From assembly GCF_020745735.1 (NCBI RefSeq), contig NC_083409.1, positions 17,814,341 to 17,878,340 of the forward strand: DNA of 64,000 nucleotides, given 5' to 3'. The first letter of the stretch is position 1, and each line of letters begins with the position of its first letter. Below are positions 11,575 through 24,229 of the stretch, one piece after another. The stretch is from Hemiscyllium ocellatum (taxonomy: Eukaryota). Below the pieces are notes generated by a model. That model saw only the letters and a program-made list of their open reading frames with translations, was not told where the DNA came from and searched no databases. A program made the position numbers and the translations under genes.

Positions 11575-12120
11575 TAGACGGCCTCAGTGGTAACACCGTC
11601 ACCTGAACCTGCAGGTTTCAAGCCCCACTCCAGACACTGGAGCACTATCCTGAGGCTGGCAAAGGCAAAGGCGCCATCTGCTGGATGATCGGTTTGTGGG
11701 CGGCACGGTGGCACAGTGGTTAGCACTGCTGCCTCACAGCGCCTGTAGACCCGGTTCAATTCCCGACTCAGGCGACTGACTGTGTGGAGTTTGCACATTC
11801 TCCCCGTGTCTGCGTGGGTTTCCTCCGGGTGCTCCGGTTTCCTCCCACAGTCACAAAGATGTGCGGGTCAGGTGAATTGGCCAAGCTAAATTGCCCGTAG
11901 TGTTAGGTAAGGGGTAAATGTAGGGGTGGGTTGCGCTTCGGCGGGTCGGTGTGGGCTTGTTGGGCCGAAGGGCCTGTTTCCACACTGTAAGTCTAATCTA
12001 ATCTAAACCACTGCCCTCTCAGGTCGATGTGAATATAAGGGCTTTGTGACCATCTCAGGGAAACTCTCCCCAGTGTGCTGACCAATGCTTCTCTTATAAC
12101 CAATGGCATTAAAACAGATA
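11575..12120 (+). mobile_element. SacSINE1/DeuSINE-like SINE split by HE1-like SINE
   Basis: 'ggtttcaagccccactccaga...gcgccatctgctggatga' resumes after 12005 with 'aaacc..ctgccctctcaggtcgatgt...ctccccagtgtgctgaccaat...aaaacagat'. Family assigned from recall. Confidence 0.6.
11698..12005 (+). mobile_element. Young HE1-like tRNA-derived V-SINE
   Basis: A box TGGCACAGTGG, B box GGTTCAATTCC, V-domain 'gtgtggagtttgcacattctccccgtgtctgcgtgggtttcc', CR1-derived tail 'gggccgaagggcctgtttcc', (AATCT)n end. Copy B 44304..44611. Confidence 0.85.
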
Positions 12121-13644
12121 CAAGAGTAAAATACAGCAAATCTCAAATAAAACAAGATGCTGGAGAAAGGGAACAGGTGCAGCCGCTTTAGAGAGAGGAG
12201 GGAATAATGTTTTGGATTCAGTGATGTTTTATCAAAAAGAAGCCACAGTTTTTGATGATTTTATTTCATTTTAACCTGTTTTATGTTATTTTGTTTTATT
12301 TAAATCTTGTGTATCAAATTTCAGCCGGCTTGGTTGGCACCACATCGACATATACCCATTGCCTCCACACTGACCCTCAGTAACAGCTGTGAGCACTATC
12401 TACAAGATACATTGCAGATGTTCAGCAAAGATCCTGAGAGAGCACCTTCCAAACCCATGACCAAGTCCATCAAGAAGGACATGGTAGCAGATACACAGGA
12501 ACACCACTCTTTGCAAGTTCCCCTCATTGAAATATATCGCTGTTCCTACATTGTTATTGGGTCAGACTCATGGAATTCCCTTCCTCCGCACATTGTGGGT
12601 CTACCTACAGCACACAGACTGTAACAGTTCGAGAAAGCAGCTCCGCGCCACTGTGTACATGACAATGAGAGATGGACAGTAACAAGGCTGGTGAACAGTA
12701 AGAGCAGGTGTGATTAGGGATCTGAAAGTGAGAATGTGATGTTTCAGTTCTTCCTGGACATCTCAAGGTTTGTATGAACTTTTGGTCTCCTAATTGCAGA
12801 AAGAATATAAATCCATTGGAAGTGTTTCAGAGGAGTTTTATCCGACTGATCCCTGGTATGAGGGGGCTGTGTGGTGAGGAAGGATTGGAAAGGCTGGCCT
12901 TGATCTCACTGGAGTTTCAAAGAGTGGGGGGTTTTCCTGTCCCACTGTATTCTCCAAACCCTTACCTGACCCCCTCTTGGGTCATACCCTCCTGCCCCTT
13001 ACTAACATGGAATCGGACTGCCCAGTCCTGAGGCTTACACCTTCCATCTGGAACAAAGTCTCCAGGTATCGCTGCCCCTCCCTGATGTATCAGGATTCTT
13101 ACAACTCAGCTTCCAATCCAAACCCCCTGAGTGGGAGTTGCTGTCGATTTATACAGTCACTACCGATGTATTTACCCTGAATCATTTCAGTTTAATGAAC
13201 AAATGCTGATTCCACTTACAAATGAAAGAAATCAATTCTTTCATGAAACTAGTAATGTCCTCAGTCTCTGGATCAATGTTTCAGTACTTTTCATTTCTAG
13301 GATTTCCCTATTTGAGGTTTCCTAAGCATTTATTTATATGGTTCCTTACACAAAGCTCTTCCCAGCTGATCTGGTCAACAGACTCCTGTCCCCTTGTTTA
13401 TTATTTTGCTATTTTCAAACCAAGTGCATGTGCAGGCTCCCATCAGCTGAAGTGACAGTTCCAAACCAGTTTGGAAAAGCAAAGGTAGACCTCCTTCCCA
13501 CAGTTCACCGAACTCCCACATTGACCAAACCTCCCAGCATCCCCCTCTGTGCCAGCTGCACTGAGTGCCAACTGCAGGATATAGGCTGCCCTGTATTTAT
13601 ACTGGTGCTAATTGATATCACTTTGTTCTGTCGTGCTATTAGAG

Positions 13645-13750
13645 TCATAGAGATGTACAGCACAGAGACAGAACCTTCGGTTCAACTTGTCCACGCTGAC
13701 CAGATATCCCAACGCAATCTAGTTCCACTTGCCAATGCTCAGGATCTGGG
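13645..13750 (-). mobile_element. CR1 3' tail fragment
   Basis: 'agagtcatagagatgtacagcacagagacagaaccttcggttcaac...cagatatcccaac'. Confidence 0.7.
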
Positions 13751-14899
13751 TTAAGTTAGATCATTTCTCAGTCTGAAGCTTCCTTCTTTCAGCCTGAGAA
13801 ATACGTTACTTTTATAACCAACAAATGTGACTTTAATGCTGGAATCTGTTTTGAAGATTAATGGGCTCAATGGTTTGATTCAATGTGGTAAGATATGAAA
13901 TATCTGTGTCACTTGCTGTAATTCAGTCTTCTCTAACCAATCTCTTCAGGGGCCAGGATGAGTGTGAGGAGATTGGGTTTTGATGGAACTACCCACAGAC
14001 TCAAGTCAAAAGAAGCAAAGCAAGATAGGTGGATCGAATACAAGAGAGCACATTATGAGGGAAAACCAATTATTACCAAAGGAGAGAGTGACAACATTGA
14101 ATTGCTTCTGCTGTCATCCTCTGCGCCCTTACGTTTCACAGTGTCAGCTCCACATCCTTCCATTGACTTTGTCATTGAGAGTCAACAGTTCCTTTCCCAC
14201 AGCCCTCTTTAAAATGCCCTGCCCCAGGGAATCACTCAGACAGAGAATATTTCATCTTTTTTGGGAAGATTGGAGTAATATTGGATGTCGATGAGCTGCT
14301 TTCTCAGACTTCAGGGTCTGACAGAAGGATGTGTGTAGGCTGTGGATTCTGGAGACAGATCACTGAGATATTCCTCACTCCCATCAACACCTGACTTTAT
14401 CCTGAAATCAGTTTCTATTCTTCATTATAAAGTACCCCCACCAGTTTCAGACTAGACATTTCACACCCAGCCCCCATTTCCTCACATTGGAATCAAGAAC
14501 CAAACTTGCCCCATCTCAGGATTGCCCTCTGAATGTGGTGTCAGTGTGCTAATGCTGTGTTTGATGAAAGAGCCACAGTGGAATCTGGGACTGAATCCAA
14601 GGGGTTTCTGAGCCACCAGCAGCCTCCTTGCTGTGTGAGATTCTGTTTGGATAAGATTTCAGCCCCATGGTTCCCACTGGTACGAGAGCCATGGAGTGAG
14701 ATTGCTGGAGCCACGTGTAGACTGAGGAACACAACAGTCAGGACAATGAGCTGCTCTGGAATCCATCCTGAGCCCTGGATGGTTGTCACTGAGATGGCCC
14801 AGGGGCTACAGAATGTGACAGCAGGAAGTGGAACCAGTTTATCATTGACTGTACCCCCCACAGCCATGACTCCCAGACTCCCCCGGACTGAACATTCTC

Positions 14900-15480
14900 A
14901 ATCTGACTCCAGGGACACACAGGGCAATTCCATCTCATTTGAAGAGTAAAGAAAACCCAGGTCTAATTTATGGAATATTTATTACCCAAACCCTGTGGAA
15001 TTGTTATTTTGAGTTCCAAGATTCTGCTGATCATATTGATCAATAGAGTGTCCCCAGTGACCCTGATCTGAATTGCTTGGCTCAGGATCTTGCTGTCCCT
15101 GATGGATGGGTTGGTGTGGAGGGGGAATTGCCATCAGAATATTTTGTTCCAGGGATGGATAAAGTTAGTATAGTGCGTGACAAGGTGGCTCAGTGGTTAG
15201 CACTGCTGCCTCATAGTGCCCGGGATCTGCGTTCGATCCCTGCCTCAGGAGAATATCTATGTGGATTTTGCACATTCTCTCCAAATACAAATCAAATGCT
15301 GTATGGAATATTTACTTTGCAAACCCTGTGGGATTGTTATTCTCGATAGTAAGATCCTGCTGGTCAAATTGATCAATAAAATGCGAACTGAACTGCTCGG
15401 CTTGGGATCTTGCTGTGCTGAAAGGATTTATTGGTGTTCAGGGGAATTCCCATCAGATTATTGTGTTCCCCATTGCCCCC
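14900..15480 (+). repeat. Local ~200-280 bp element in two diverged tandem copies separated by an HE1 5' fragment (15172..15282)
   Basis: 14988-15150 and 15301-15480 share 'tatggaatattta...caaaccctgtgg..ttgttatt...aagat.ctgctg.tca.attgatcaata...gatcttgctgt...ggggaatt.ccatcaga'; inverted third copy at 30058..30341. Confidence 0.8.
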
Positions 15481-15609
15481 TCTATTCACCCCTTCCTGCT
15501 CCATACCTGGGGGTGGGGTGGAGCTTTTCACTTCGTACACCTATCCCTGAGGACTCAGCTCTGGCCATTCCCAAAGCACACACGAGACAGAGACTGAATC
15601 TTCTTCATC

Positions 15610-15615
15610 TTTATT
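15610..15615 (-). terminator. Candidate polyadenylation signal, copy A
   Basis: AATAAA on minus ~530 nt after the stop, with a GT-rich downstream element. Confidence 0.55.
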
Positions 15616-16143
15616 CCCTTTTCCAGATTGACATTGACAGAAAACAGACTGCAATTCACAGCCCAGACAGAGGAAGCTGCTCAAATTCACAGCCACAATG
15701 GAGCTTGAGGAAAACACTTGTGGAGATTTTCTCAATAACATGAGAATCCTGTCCCTTTAAACAGTGACAAAACCTTAAATTGGAACTGGCGGCTGAGCAG
15801 AAAGGAGGTCTGTTTTACTGAAACAGAGACTTTTGAGGTTCACATTGTTTTTGCACAGCTGACAGTCTTTAGCATCTTCGGAGAGGTTTTACTTGACATC
15901 GCAAGTTAACACTGTCCCCATCAAACACATCCAGGTCAGGGAAAGCATGGGACTAGATAAAGAGTAAAGTTTTCTCTACACTATCCCAACGACCAGCCTT
16001 AACCCCTGAATCGCAGAAGTATCTCCAAGCCAGTCCTGAGAAGGAAGAGAGTTGAAACTCAGTGCTGACAATGACCTTTGTCCTGCCAGCTCAGCCCTGT
16101 TCTATTTAAAGTTGTGTCTCCTCTGTGGACTGTCTCCAACACT

Positions 16144-16472
16144 CTACACACATTCTGATCTCCTGATGCTCTTGCTGAGGGGAGAGGGGAGGGTCACGTG
16201 AGTGAGGGCACAGGAGAAGCGAGCGTTGGACTCCCAGTCAGACTCAGAGAGGGTCAGCAGGCTGCTGACACTGTAGGTGCTGTCCGAAGCTCGCAGGTAG
16301 TTGCTGGTCTGAACCCCGTCCGAAATGACTGCACCGTCCTTCTTCCACTGCACCTCTAGCTCATCGGGATAGAAGTGATTGGCAAGGCACACCAGGGTGG
16401 CAGTGCCCTTGGCATTGACCTGCTCCGGGGAGGGGGGCAGCAGGGTCAGCTTGGGCTGAGAGTTGTCACGGA
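16144..16472 (-). CDS. IGKC: C exon, copy A (intact)
   Basis: Same 329-nt exon as 48750..49078; AG acceptor at 16474-16473, TAG at 16146-16144. Confidence 0.97.
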
Positions 16473-17098
16473 CTGAAAGACAAGAGAAACAATTTTAATC
16501 CCTGCCTTTTGAAGGTACATAAACTCTCTGAACAGTAACTGGTAAAACATTTGAACGTTTGTATCCAGTACCTAGCAGACCTGACAAAGCACTGGCATTT
16601 TAAACATTGCTTTTTGGGACGTGTACGGCACTGGCAGAGCCAGTCGCTGCCCATCCCTAACTGTCTCTGAGAAGGTGATGGTGATGCAGCAGAATGATAA
16701 GGGACAGTCCTGGACCACCATTTAAGGAATGAATGTGGGCAGCTGGAAGGGCTATCAATGTGGGAGCATTTTAGTGACAGTGATCGGACCTCAGTGAGAT
16801 TGAGATTAGGGATGGAAATGGAGAACCGTGGAGCAAGTGTAAAAGTTTTCATTTGGGAACAATCCATTTTACCAAACTGTGTGGTAATTTGATAAAAGAG
16901 TACTGGAACCATCGACTTGATGGGAGATCAGTGACAGGGCAGTGGGAGGCCTCCAAGGATGAGACAGAGACAAAGACCATTCAGAATCTTTTCCCAAAAG
17001 AGTAAGAGTGGCACTCCCAAAGACAGAGTCTTAGCAAAGATGTGAAACTATCGATATGATGTGGAGGCTCTGGTGTCCAACTGGGTGGACATGTTCAG

Positions 17099-17267
17099 GA
17101 GTCACATGACACCAGGTTACAGTCCAACAGGTTTATTTAAAATCACGAGCTTGTGAAACGCTGCTCCATCTTCAGGTGAAGCGACTTCAGTGCTGAAGGA
17201 ACAGAGCTCTGAAAGCTTGTGATTTGAAATAAGCCTGTTGGACTATATTCTGGTGTCATGTGACTTC
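17099..17267. mobile_element. Head-to-head pair of PLE-type tails forming an imperfect inverted repeat in the J-C intron
   Basis: 'gagtcacatgacaccaggttacagtccaacagg...' pairs with '...cctgttggactatattctggtgtcatgtgacttc'. Copy B 49705..49873. Confidence 0.75.
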
Positions 17268-17284
17268 TGACCTCAAATGAAGCC

Positions 17285-17770
17285 CCGTTAGAGCACAGTG
17301 AGAGAACTGTGTGCAGTTCTGGTCACCACATTGCAGGAAGGATGTGATTCCCCTAGAGATGGGGACAGTGGAGGGTTTTATCAGGAATGAGGAGTATTAG
17401 CTTTGAGGAATGATTGGATTGGCTGGGACTGGTTTCTTTGGAACACAGGAGGCTGAGGGGAGATTTGATCGATGGTGTGTAAAATGATGAGGGGTCTGGA
17501 TAGAGTGGGTAGGAAGAACTGATTTCCATCAGCACAGAGGGCAATAACCATGGGGAGAGATTGAAATGAATTGGGGGCAGGGTTCGAGTGGAGTTGAGGA
17601 GTAATTGTTTTCACCCAGTGGCTGGTGGGATCAGGACCTCACTGTCTGAAAGGGTGACAGCGGCAGAAACTCTCATCACATTGAAAAAACACTTGGATAT
17701 TCACGTGAAACACCAAAGCCTCCAGAGCTATGGAGCAAGAGCTGGTATGTGGGGTGGAGTTCGACACCTC
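17285..17770 (+). mobile_element. CR1 3' portion
   Basis: 'gtgcagttctggtcaccacattgcaggaaggatgtg...gagatttgat...ttttcacccag'. Confidence 0.8.
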
Positions 17771-18062
17771 TTTAACAAACCTCCGATCACTCACAGCTCG
17801 GGAGAACTTTATCCAACAACATTGGAGCAGAGTTGGATCAGCACACTTCAGGAAGGAGTCACGTTGGGTGTCCATGTAGAAGGTTCTAGATTTTGTTTCA
17901 AACCTTCCAGCTCAGCGCTGGGTTAAGGTCAAATGTGAGGGTGCAAAGAGTCTCAGTGTCCTGGGATCAGACAGTGACACTGCTCTAAATGATCCCATGT
18001 TCCCTGGAAGATGGAAGCGTGCATCCAACGGGCAAGGGTCATGTTCAGGAGACTCCAACCTC

Positions 18063-18480
18063 AAAGAAAGACTTGCATTTATGTTGCACCTGCCTCCACC
18101 TAAGGATGTTGCAGTGGCTCTTTCCATCAGACTGTGCTCAGCAAGATCCCAGAGAGCTGGGTGACAATGTGGCGAGGATCAGATTTTTAGTGATGCTAAT
18201 TAGGGAATCAATATTGACCAGGACACCAGGAGACACCATCCTGCTGTTTGTCTAGTAGAGCCATGGATTGGCATCTCTGATATCTGAAAGGCTCCCAGTG
18301 CATCAAAAGAGAGACTTGTATGTCAGGCTCTCCCAAAGCATTTACAGAGAGTGAGGGACTTGTCTGGACACTGGTCACTGTTGTAATGCAGAAAACACAA
18401 TTTGCACATAGCAATATCGCACAAAAATAAATGAGATTATGAAGCATGTTCAGTGATGTTTCGGGGATAAATATTGACCT
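18063..18480 (-). mobile_element. SacSINE1/DeuSINE-like fragments
   Basis: 'aaagaaagacttgcatttat...cagcaagatccc...aatattgaccaggacacc' is the reverse complement of the SacSINE1-type 3' end (recall). Confidence 0.6.
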
Positions 18481-20040
18481 GAAGTCAACCCAAAGAGAAA
18501 GCAAATGGGTTCAGTTGCACAAAACGTGAGAAAATGAAAGGCACAGGAGAAGGTGGGAGTCGTGGTTAGTGATGGGTTTGATTGTTACCAGAAAATAAAA
18601 GGAAGGATCAGAATTTGTGAATGTCATATTGTAACAAGGCAATACAGACAGTAGAAATAACCTAAAGTCTTTGTATGATAACGCATTCGGAATAAGGTAG
18701 ACAGAGTGATGCCACAAATTGAGGTTCCCAAGTACTTTAAAATCATTAAAGTGACGCAGGGCTCAGGAGAGGTTAGTAAAGTTCCCAAAATAATTAATAG
18801 GACATAGATTATGGAAAGGGTCAGAAAATTAATTTTAGGCACAGTGCATAAGGGGACAACTATGAAAAGGAGGACAGTCAGTGCAGGACTGAGGGTGTTG
18901 TACCTGAATGCAGGGAGTATCCGAAATGAGGTAAATATGTTTGTCGCAGATTGGAATTGGCAGGTACGATGTTTTGAGTATCACAGAGACCTGGCTGTAA
19001 GGGGTTGAGGGCTGGGAATGAAATACTCAAGGATGCACATCCGATTGACAGGACATGCTGATGGGCAGATGGGGGTGGGGTTACCTTCTTGGTAAGAAAT
19101 GAAATGAGATCAATCACAAGAAGGGATTTAGAGTTGGAATGCATTCAATCTGTGTGGGTAGAGGTGAGGAGTTGCAAGGGAGAAAGAGCATGATGAGAAC
19201 TTAGCACAGGACCCCCCAGCAGCAGTCAGGATATGAGGAAGAAAATAAATCAGGTGATAGATAGAGAAGGCCCTGCTATAATAGTCATGAGGGACTTCAA
19301 TATGCAGGGAGACTGGAAAATTAAATTGTTTGGGGATGTCAAGGGTAGGAATTAAAGGAATGTTTACGACTTGGTTTTTAGAGCAGCTTGTGGTAGAGAT
19401 CACTATGGAACAGGCAATTCTGGATTGGGTGATGTGTATTGAAGCAGACCTGATTAGGGAACTTAGGGTGAAGGAATCCCTTGGGGGCATTGACCGTAAT
19501 ATGACAGAATTCACCCTGCAGTTTGTGACAGGGAATCTGGAGTCAGTTGTACCGGTAATGCAATTAACTTAAGGTAACTACAAAGACATGAGGGAGGAGC
19601 TGGCCAGAGTTGGTAAGAAAGGAAGCTGAGCATAAGAGAGAATGGAGCAGCAATGGCAGGAGTTTCTGGGGGTAATTTGGGAGGCAGAGCAGGAATTTAA
19701 CCCAAGGAAGAAGAAAGGTACTGAGTGGAGGCCAAGGCAACCATGGCTGATGAGGGAAGTCAGGGTCAGCATAAAAGCAAAAGAAAAAACATGCAATGTG
19801 GTGAAGATTATTGGGAAGCCGGAGGATTGGGAAGCCTTTAAAAAACAGCAGAGAGTAACTAAAAAAAAGTAAGGGTGGGTGTGTAAATAAAATATGAGGG
19901 TCAACGAGTTAGTAACATAAAAGAATATTGCAAGAGGTTTTCTTTAGATATATGAAAGGCAAGAGGGAGTCAATAATAGAAATTGTACCACTGGAAAAGG
20001 CAGAAGTAGTAATGGGGAACAAAGAAATGGTGGAAAAAGT
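18480..20040 (+). mobile_element. Decayed CR1 5' ORF2 (endonuclease) fragments, two tandem ORF2 starts
   Basis: GLRVLYLNAGSIRNEV, FLEQLVVEITMEQAILD, EDWEAFKKQQRVTKK remnants. Confidence 0.8.
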
Positions 20041-20684
20041 GCATCGGTGCCTTAAATCAGCTTTAACAGTGGTGTGATAATGCTGCTCATTTCACAAGTT
20101 TGAGTTGTCCTTGGATTTTTTTTCAAGAGGGGTTGTAAAGGCAGAGGTTCCAATTTGTCTGGGTTAGGGACTTTGCTCATGGCTAACAGATACTGCCTAA
20201 GGCAACAGTCAGGGAAAAGGCTTTTAGGTTTTATATTAAACACTTGTCCAATAAAAGGAGAGTGGCCAGTTCTTCCAGTTTGCTGTTTTTGACAAACAGT
20301 CGGTTGGAAGCTCCTGGATAAAGAAAGCTGCTGGTGAGAAAGGTTCCCCAATTCAACATTTTCCAGTGGACTCACTGTCTGAAATTCCTCTCCTGTAAGA
20401 ACCCCTGTGTTTATATTTACCTTTTTGCCAAGGCTATTACAGCAAATTGGAACAACTCTTTGTCAAGTTACATTTTTTCGTCAGTTGGGTTTTCAAATAG
20501 TTAAGTTATTCTAAATTCTGTTTTCTTTTGATTGTAAATAAATACTCTTTTCCTTCAAGCTGAGTGGTTTGGCCAGTTGTATCATTCCTGGAATATCCAG
20601 GTTACATTTGCTGAACACAATTCGAAAAGGTAAGGTCTGGGCTGCATTCTTAAAATGTTTTGAAGGGTCTGGCCTGGTCCATAA

Positions 20685-22130
20685 CAATGTCACAGAGTCC
20701 TACAGCATGGAGACAGGCCATTTGGACCAAACTGGTCCATGCCAACCAAAATGTCCATTTACGCTAATCCTGCACTTGGCCCATATCCTTCTGAATCCTT
20801 TCCTTTGCTGTATTTGTCCAAATGCCTTTTAAATGTTATTAATGTACCCACCTCAACCACTTCCACTGGCAGCTCATTCCATATGCGAACAATCCTATGT
20901 GTAAAAAGGTTGCCCCTCAGGTTCCCTTTTATTCTTTCCCCTCTAACCTTAAACTGATGCGCTCTAGCTCATATTCGCAAACCTTGGGGAAAAGACCGAG
21001 TGAATTCACCCTATCCATGCCTCTCATGATCTTATGAGGTCCTCCCTCAGTCTCCTACACTCTAAAGAAAAAAGTACTCTCCCTTTAACCCAAACGATTG
21101 AATCCTGGCAACATGCTTGCAAATTTCTTCTGCACTCTTTCCAGTTTAATAACATCCTTCCTGGAACAAGGTGACCAAAACTGAACACAATATTCCAAGT
21201 GTGGCTTCACCAGTGTCCTGCATAACTGCAACATAACTTCCCAACATCTGTAGTCAATGCTCTGACTGATGAAGGGCACTGCAGAAAAAGCTCTCTTCTC
21301 TGCTCTATTTACTGTGACTCCATTTTCAGAGAACTGCTTATCTGAATTCTAAGGACCCTCTGTTCCACTATATTCCTTAAGGCCATATCATTCACCATGA
21401 AACTCCTACCTTGCTTTAAATTTCCAAAATACAAGACCTCACATTTGTCTGTATTAAACTCTATTTGTCATTTCTCGGCCCACTTCCCCAGCTGAGCAAG
21501 GTCCTGCTGCAATTTCTGATAACTGTCCGCACTGTCCACAATGCTGCTTATTTGAGTGTCATCAGCAAACTCACTAACCATGCCTTGTACATTCTCATCC
21601 AAAACAGTGTTATAGATAACAAACAGCAATGGGCCCAGCACTGACCACTGAGGCACTCCACTAGTCACAGGCCTCCAGTACAATAAGGATACTTCCCCTA
21701 TTACCCTGTACTTTCTACCATCAAGCCAATCGTGTATCCAATTTGCCAGGTCACCTTGGATTCCATGCAATCTAACCTTCCACAACAGACTACCATGTGG
21801 AACCTTATCAAAGGCCTCACTGAAATCCATATAGACCACGTCTACCATCCTGCCCTCATCAACCTTCCTGGTAAATTCATCAAAGTAACTTAATTATGTG
21901 AGGCATAATCTCCCACTCACAAAGTCATGCTGACAACTCCTAATCAAATTCACTCTTTCCAAATGCATGTGTATCTAATCTTATCAAACAACTTACCCAC
22001 CACAAATGTTAAGCTTATAATTCCCAGGCTTTTGTTTTTCAGCCCTTTTTGAACAATGGCACAATCTTCGCTATCCTCCAGTCTTCTGGCACCTCACCTG
22101 TGGCTAACCATGATGCTTAAATATCAGCCA
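20685..22130 (-). mobile_element. Decayed CR1 RT and 3' end
   Basis: VDVVYMDFSEAFDKVPHG, SGVPQWSVLGPLLF, FADDTQI, LVKPHLEYCVQFW. Confidence 0.9.
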
Positions 22131-22139
22131 GTACACCTG

Positions 22140-23750
22140 ACCTTCAAGAGAGTTGGGAGCAGAAGTGAGTGGAAAGGGCATCACTAAGGTGGAGGGGTTG
22201 AGGCAGCTGAAAGGTCTGAAGGTGGATAAATCATTCAGACCCGATGGACTACACTCCAGAGTTCTGATGGAGATAGCTAAGGTAATTGTAGGGCCATTGG
22301 CTGTGATCTTTCAGAAATCACTGGAGTTGGGGTGGTCCCAGAAGACTGGAAAATAGTGAATGTAACATCCCTGTTTAAGAAAGGAGGGAGGCAGAGATGG
22401 GACATTATAAGCTGGTTAGCCTGACCTCGGTCATTGGTAAGATTTTAGAGGTCTATCTAAGGGTGAGATTGCAGGTATTTGGAATCTCACCCTTAAGTCT
22501 GGTAAAATTGCAGCCTGGCAAAATTGGGCTGAGTCAGCACAGCTTCATCAAAGGGAGACATGCCTGATAAATCTGTTAGAAATCTTTGAGGAGGTAACAA
22601 GTGAGTTAGACAAAGGAGAGCCAGTGGATGTGATCCATTTGGATTTCCATCAGGCCTTTGACAGGGTACAATAAAGGAGACTGCTAAGTCAAATCAGAGC
22701 CCATGCTGTCAGGAGCAAGGCACTGCGAATTGTAGAGGATTGGCTGGCCGGCACAAAGGCGAGAGTAGGGACAAAGGGATTTTTTTCTGGATGGCTGGTG
22801 GTGCTTTGTGGCGATCTGCAGGGATCTGTGTTGGGACCACAACTATTCACATTATCCATTAACAATCTGGATAAGGAACTGGAGATATTGTTCATATGTT
22901 TGTAGATGACACAAAAATTGGTGAAAGGACAGGTGGAGTTGAGGAAGTGGGGGAGATTGCAGAAGGACTTGGTCAGGCTGGGAGAATGTACAAAGAAGTG
23001 GCAGGTGGAGTACAATGCGGGGACTTGTGAGGCTAGATACTTTGGTGGGAAGAATAAGTGAGGAAAGATTTCAGAAATCTGAAGCACAAAGAGAATTGGG
23101 AGTCCTTGCTCAGGTTTCTCTGAAGGTTAACGTGCAGGTTCACCATTGGCTGTTTGAAAGGCAGTTACAATGTTAGCATTAACTTTAACGTCAGAGGTGT
23201 ACTGCTGCGTTTGTATAAGTCTGTAATCAGACCACATTTGGAATTTTGGTCTCCTTATTAAGGAAGGATGTGCTGTCATTGGAGAGGGTCCAGAGGAAAA
23301 AGTGAGAAAGAATAAGAATACTCCTGGGAATGAAGGGGGTGTCATATAAAGAGTGGTTGAGGATTCTGGATCTGTATACAATTGTGTTTAGAAAGATGAC
23401 GGAGGAATCTTATTGAAACTACAGAATATTGAGAGGCCTGGAGAACATGGAGAAGGTGTTTCCACGAATAGAAGAAACTTGGGGCCCGAAGGCAAAGCCT
23501 CAGAGTGATCCGTCAGAACTGAGATAAGGAGGCATTTCTTCAGCCACAGGGTGGTGAATCTGCGGAACTCATTGTCACAGAGGTCTATGGATGCCAAGAT
23601 GTTGAGAGTATTTAAAACAGAGACAGATCGGTTCTTGATCAGTAAGGAGATCAAATGTTAAAAGGAGAATGGGGTTGAGAAACACATCACACAAGATCAA
23701 ATGGCAGAGCAGACTCTCTTCTGACTGGCCCAATTCTGCTCCTATATCTT
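22140..23750 (+). mobile_element. Decayed CR1 RT and 3' end
   Basis: LKGLKVDKSFRPDGLHSRVL, VPEDWKIVNVT remnants; CR1 3' end near 23700. Confidence 0.85.
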
Positions 23751-23799
23751 AAGTATTTTGGGTTTATGTAGAGGTTCCTTGAATCCCTGGAAAACTGGA

Positions 23800-24142
23800 A
23801 GTACGGTCACTTAGTGGTTAGCCCTGCTGCCTCACAGCGCTATGGACCCAGGTTTGATTGTAGCCTCGGGCGTCTGTCTGTGTGGAGTTTGCATGTTCTC
23901 CCCTGTGTCTGTGTGGGTTTCCTCCGGGTGCTCTGGCTTCCTCCCACAGTCCAAAGCTGTGCAGGTTCGGTGAATTGGCCATGCTAAATTGCCCATAGTG
24001 CAGGTTAGGTACATTAGTCAGGAGTAAATGTAGGTTAAAAAGGTAGGGGAATGGGTCTGGGTGGGTTACTGTTCGGAGGGTCAGCGTGGACTTGTTGGAC
24101 CAAATGGCCTGTTTCCATACTGTAGGAATTCTGTGATTGTAT
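23800..24142 (+). mobile_element. Older HE1-like V-SINE
   Basis: 'tagtggttagccctgctgcctcacagcgc...gtgtggagtttgcatgttctcccc...ggcctgtttccatactgtagg'. Copy B ~56407..56748. Confidence 0.8.
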
Positions 24143-24229
24143 GGACATTGAAAGTACTGGTTTGTGAGCCCTGCTGTTGCTGTTTCTCAAAAGAACTTTG
24201 ACAAAAGATAATCAGGGAGTGGTGAGAGT

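Noticed and set aside
11698-11775. tRNA-like A/B boxes (also 15172 and 23800)
   Set aside because: Heads of tRNA-derived SINEs, continuous with V-domain and LINE-derived tail; no full cloverleaf.
14533-14949. Plus-strand ORF with 'GSGTSLSLTV' resembling an Ig V E-strand
   Set aside because: No WYQQ or YYC motif, wrong Cys spacing, no RSS or leader; chance match.
20050-20640. Possible LTR-like insertion between CR1 fragments
   Set aside because: No TG...CA termini, TSD, PBS or coding remnant that I could confirm.
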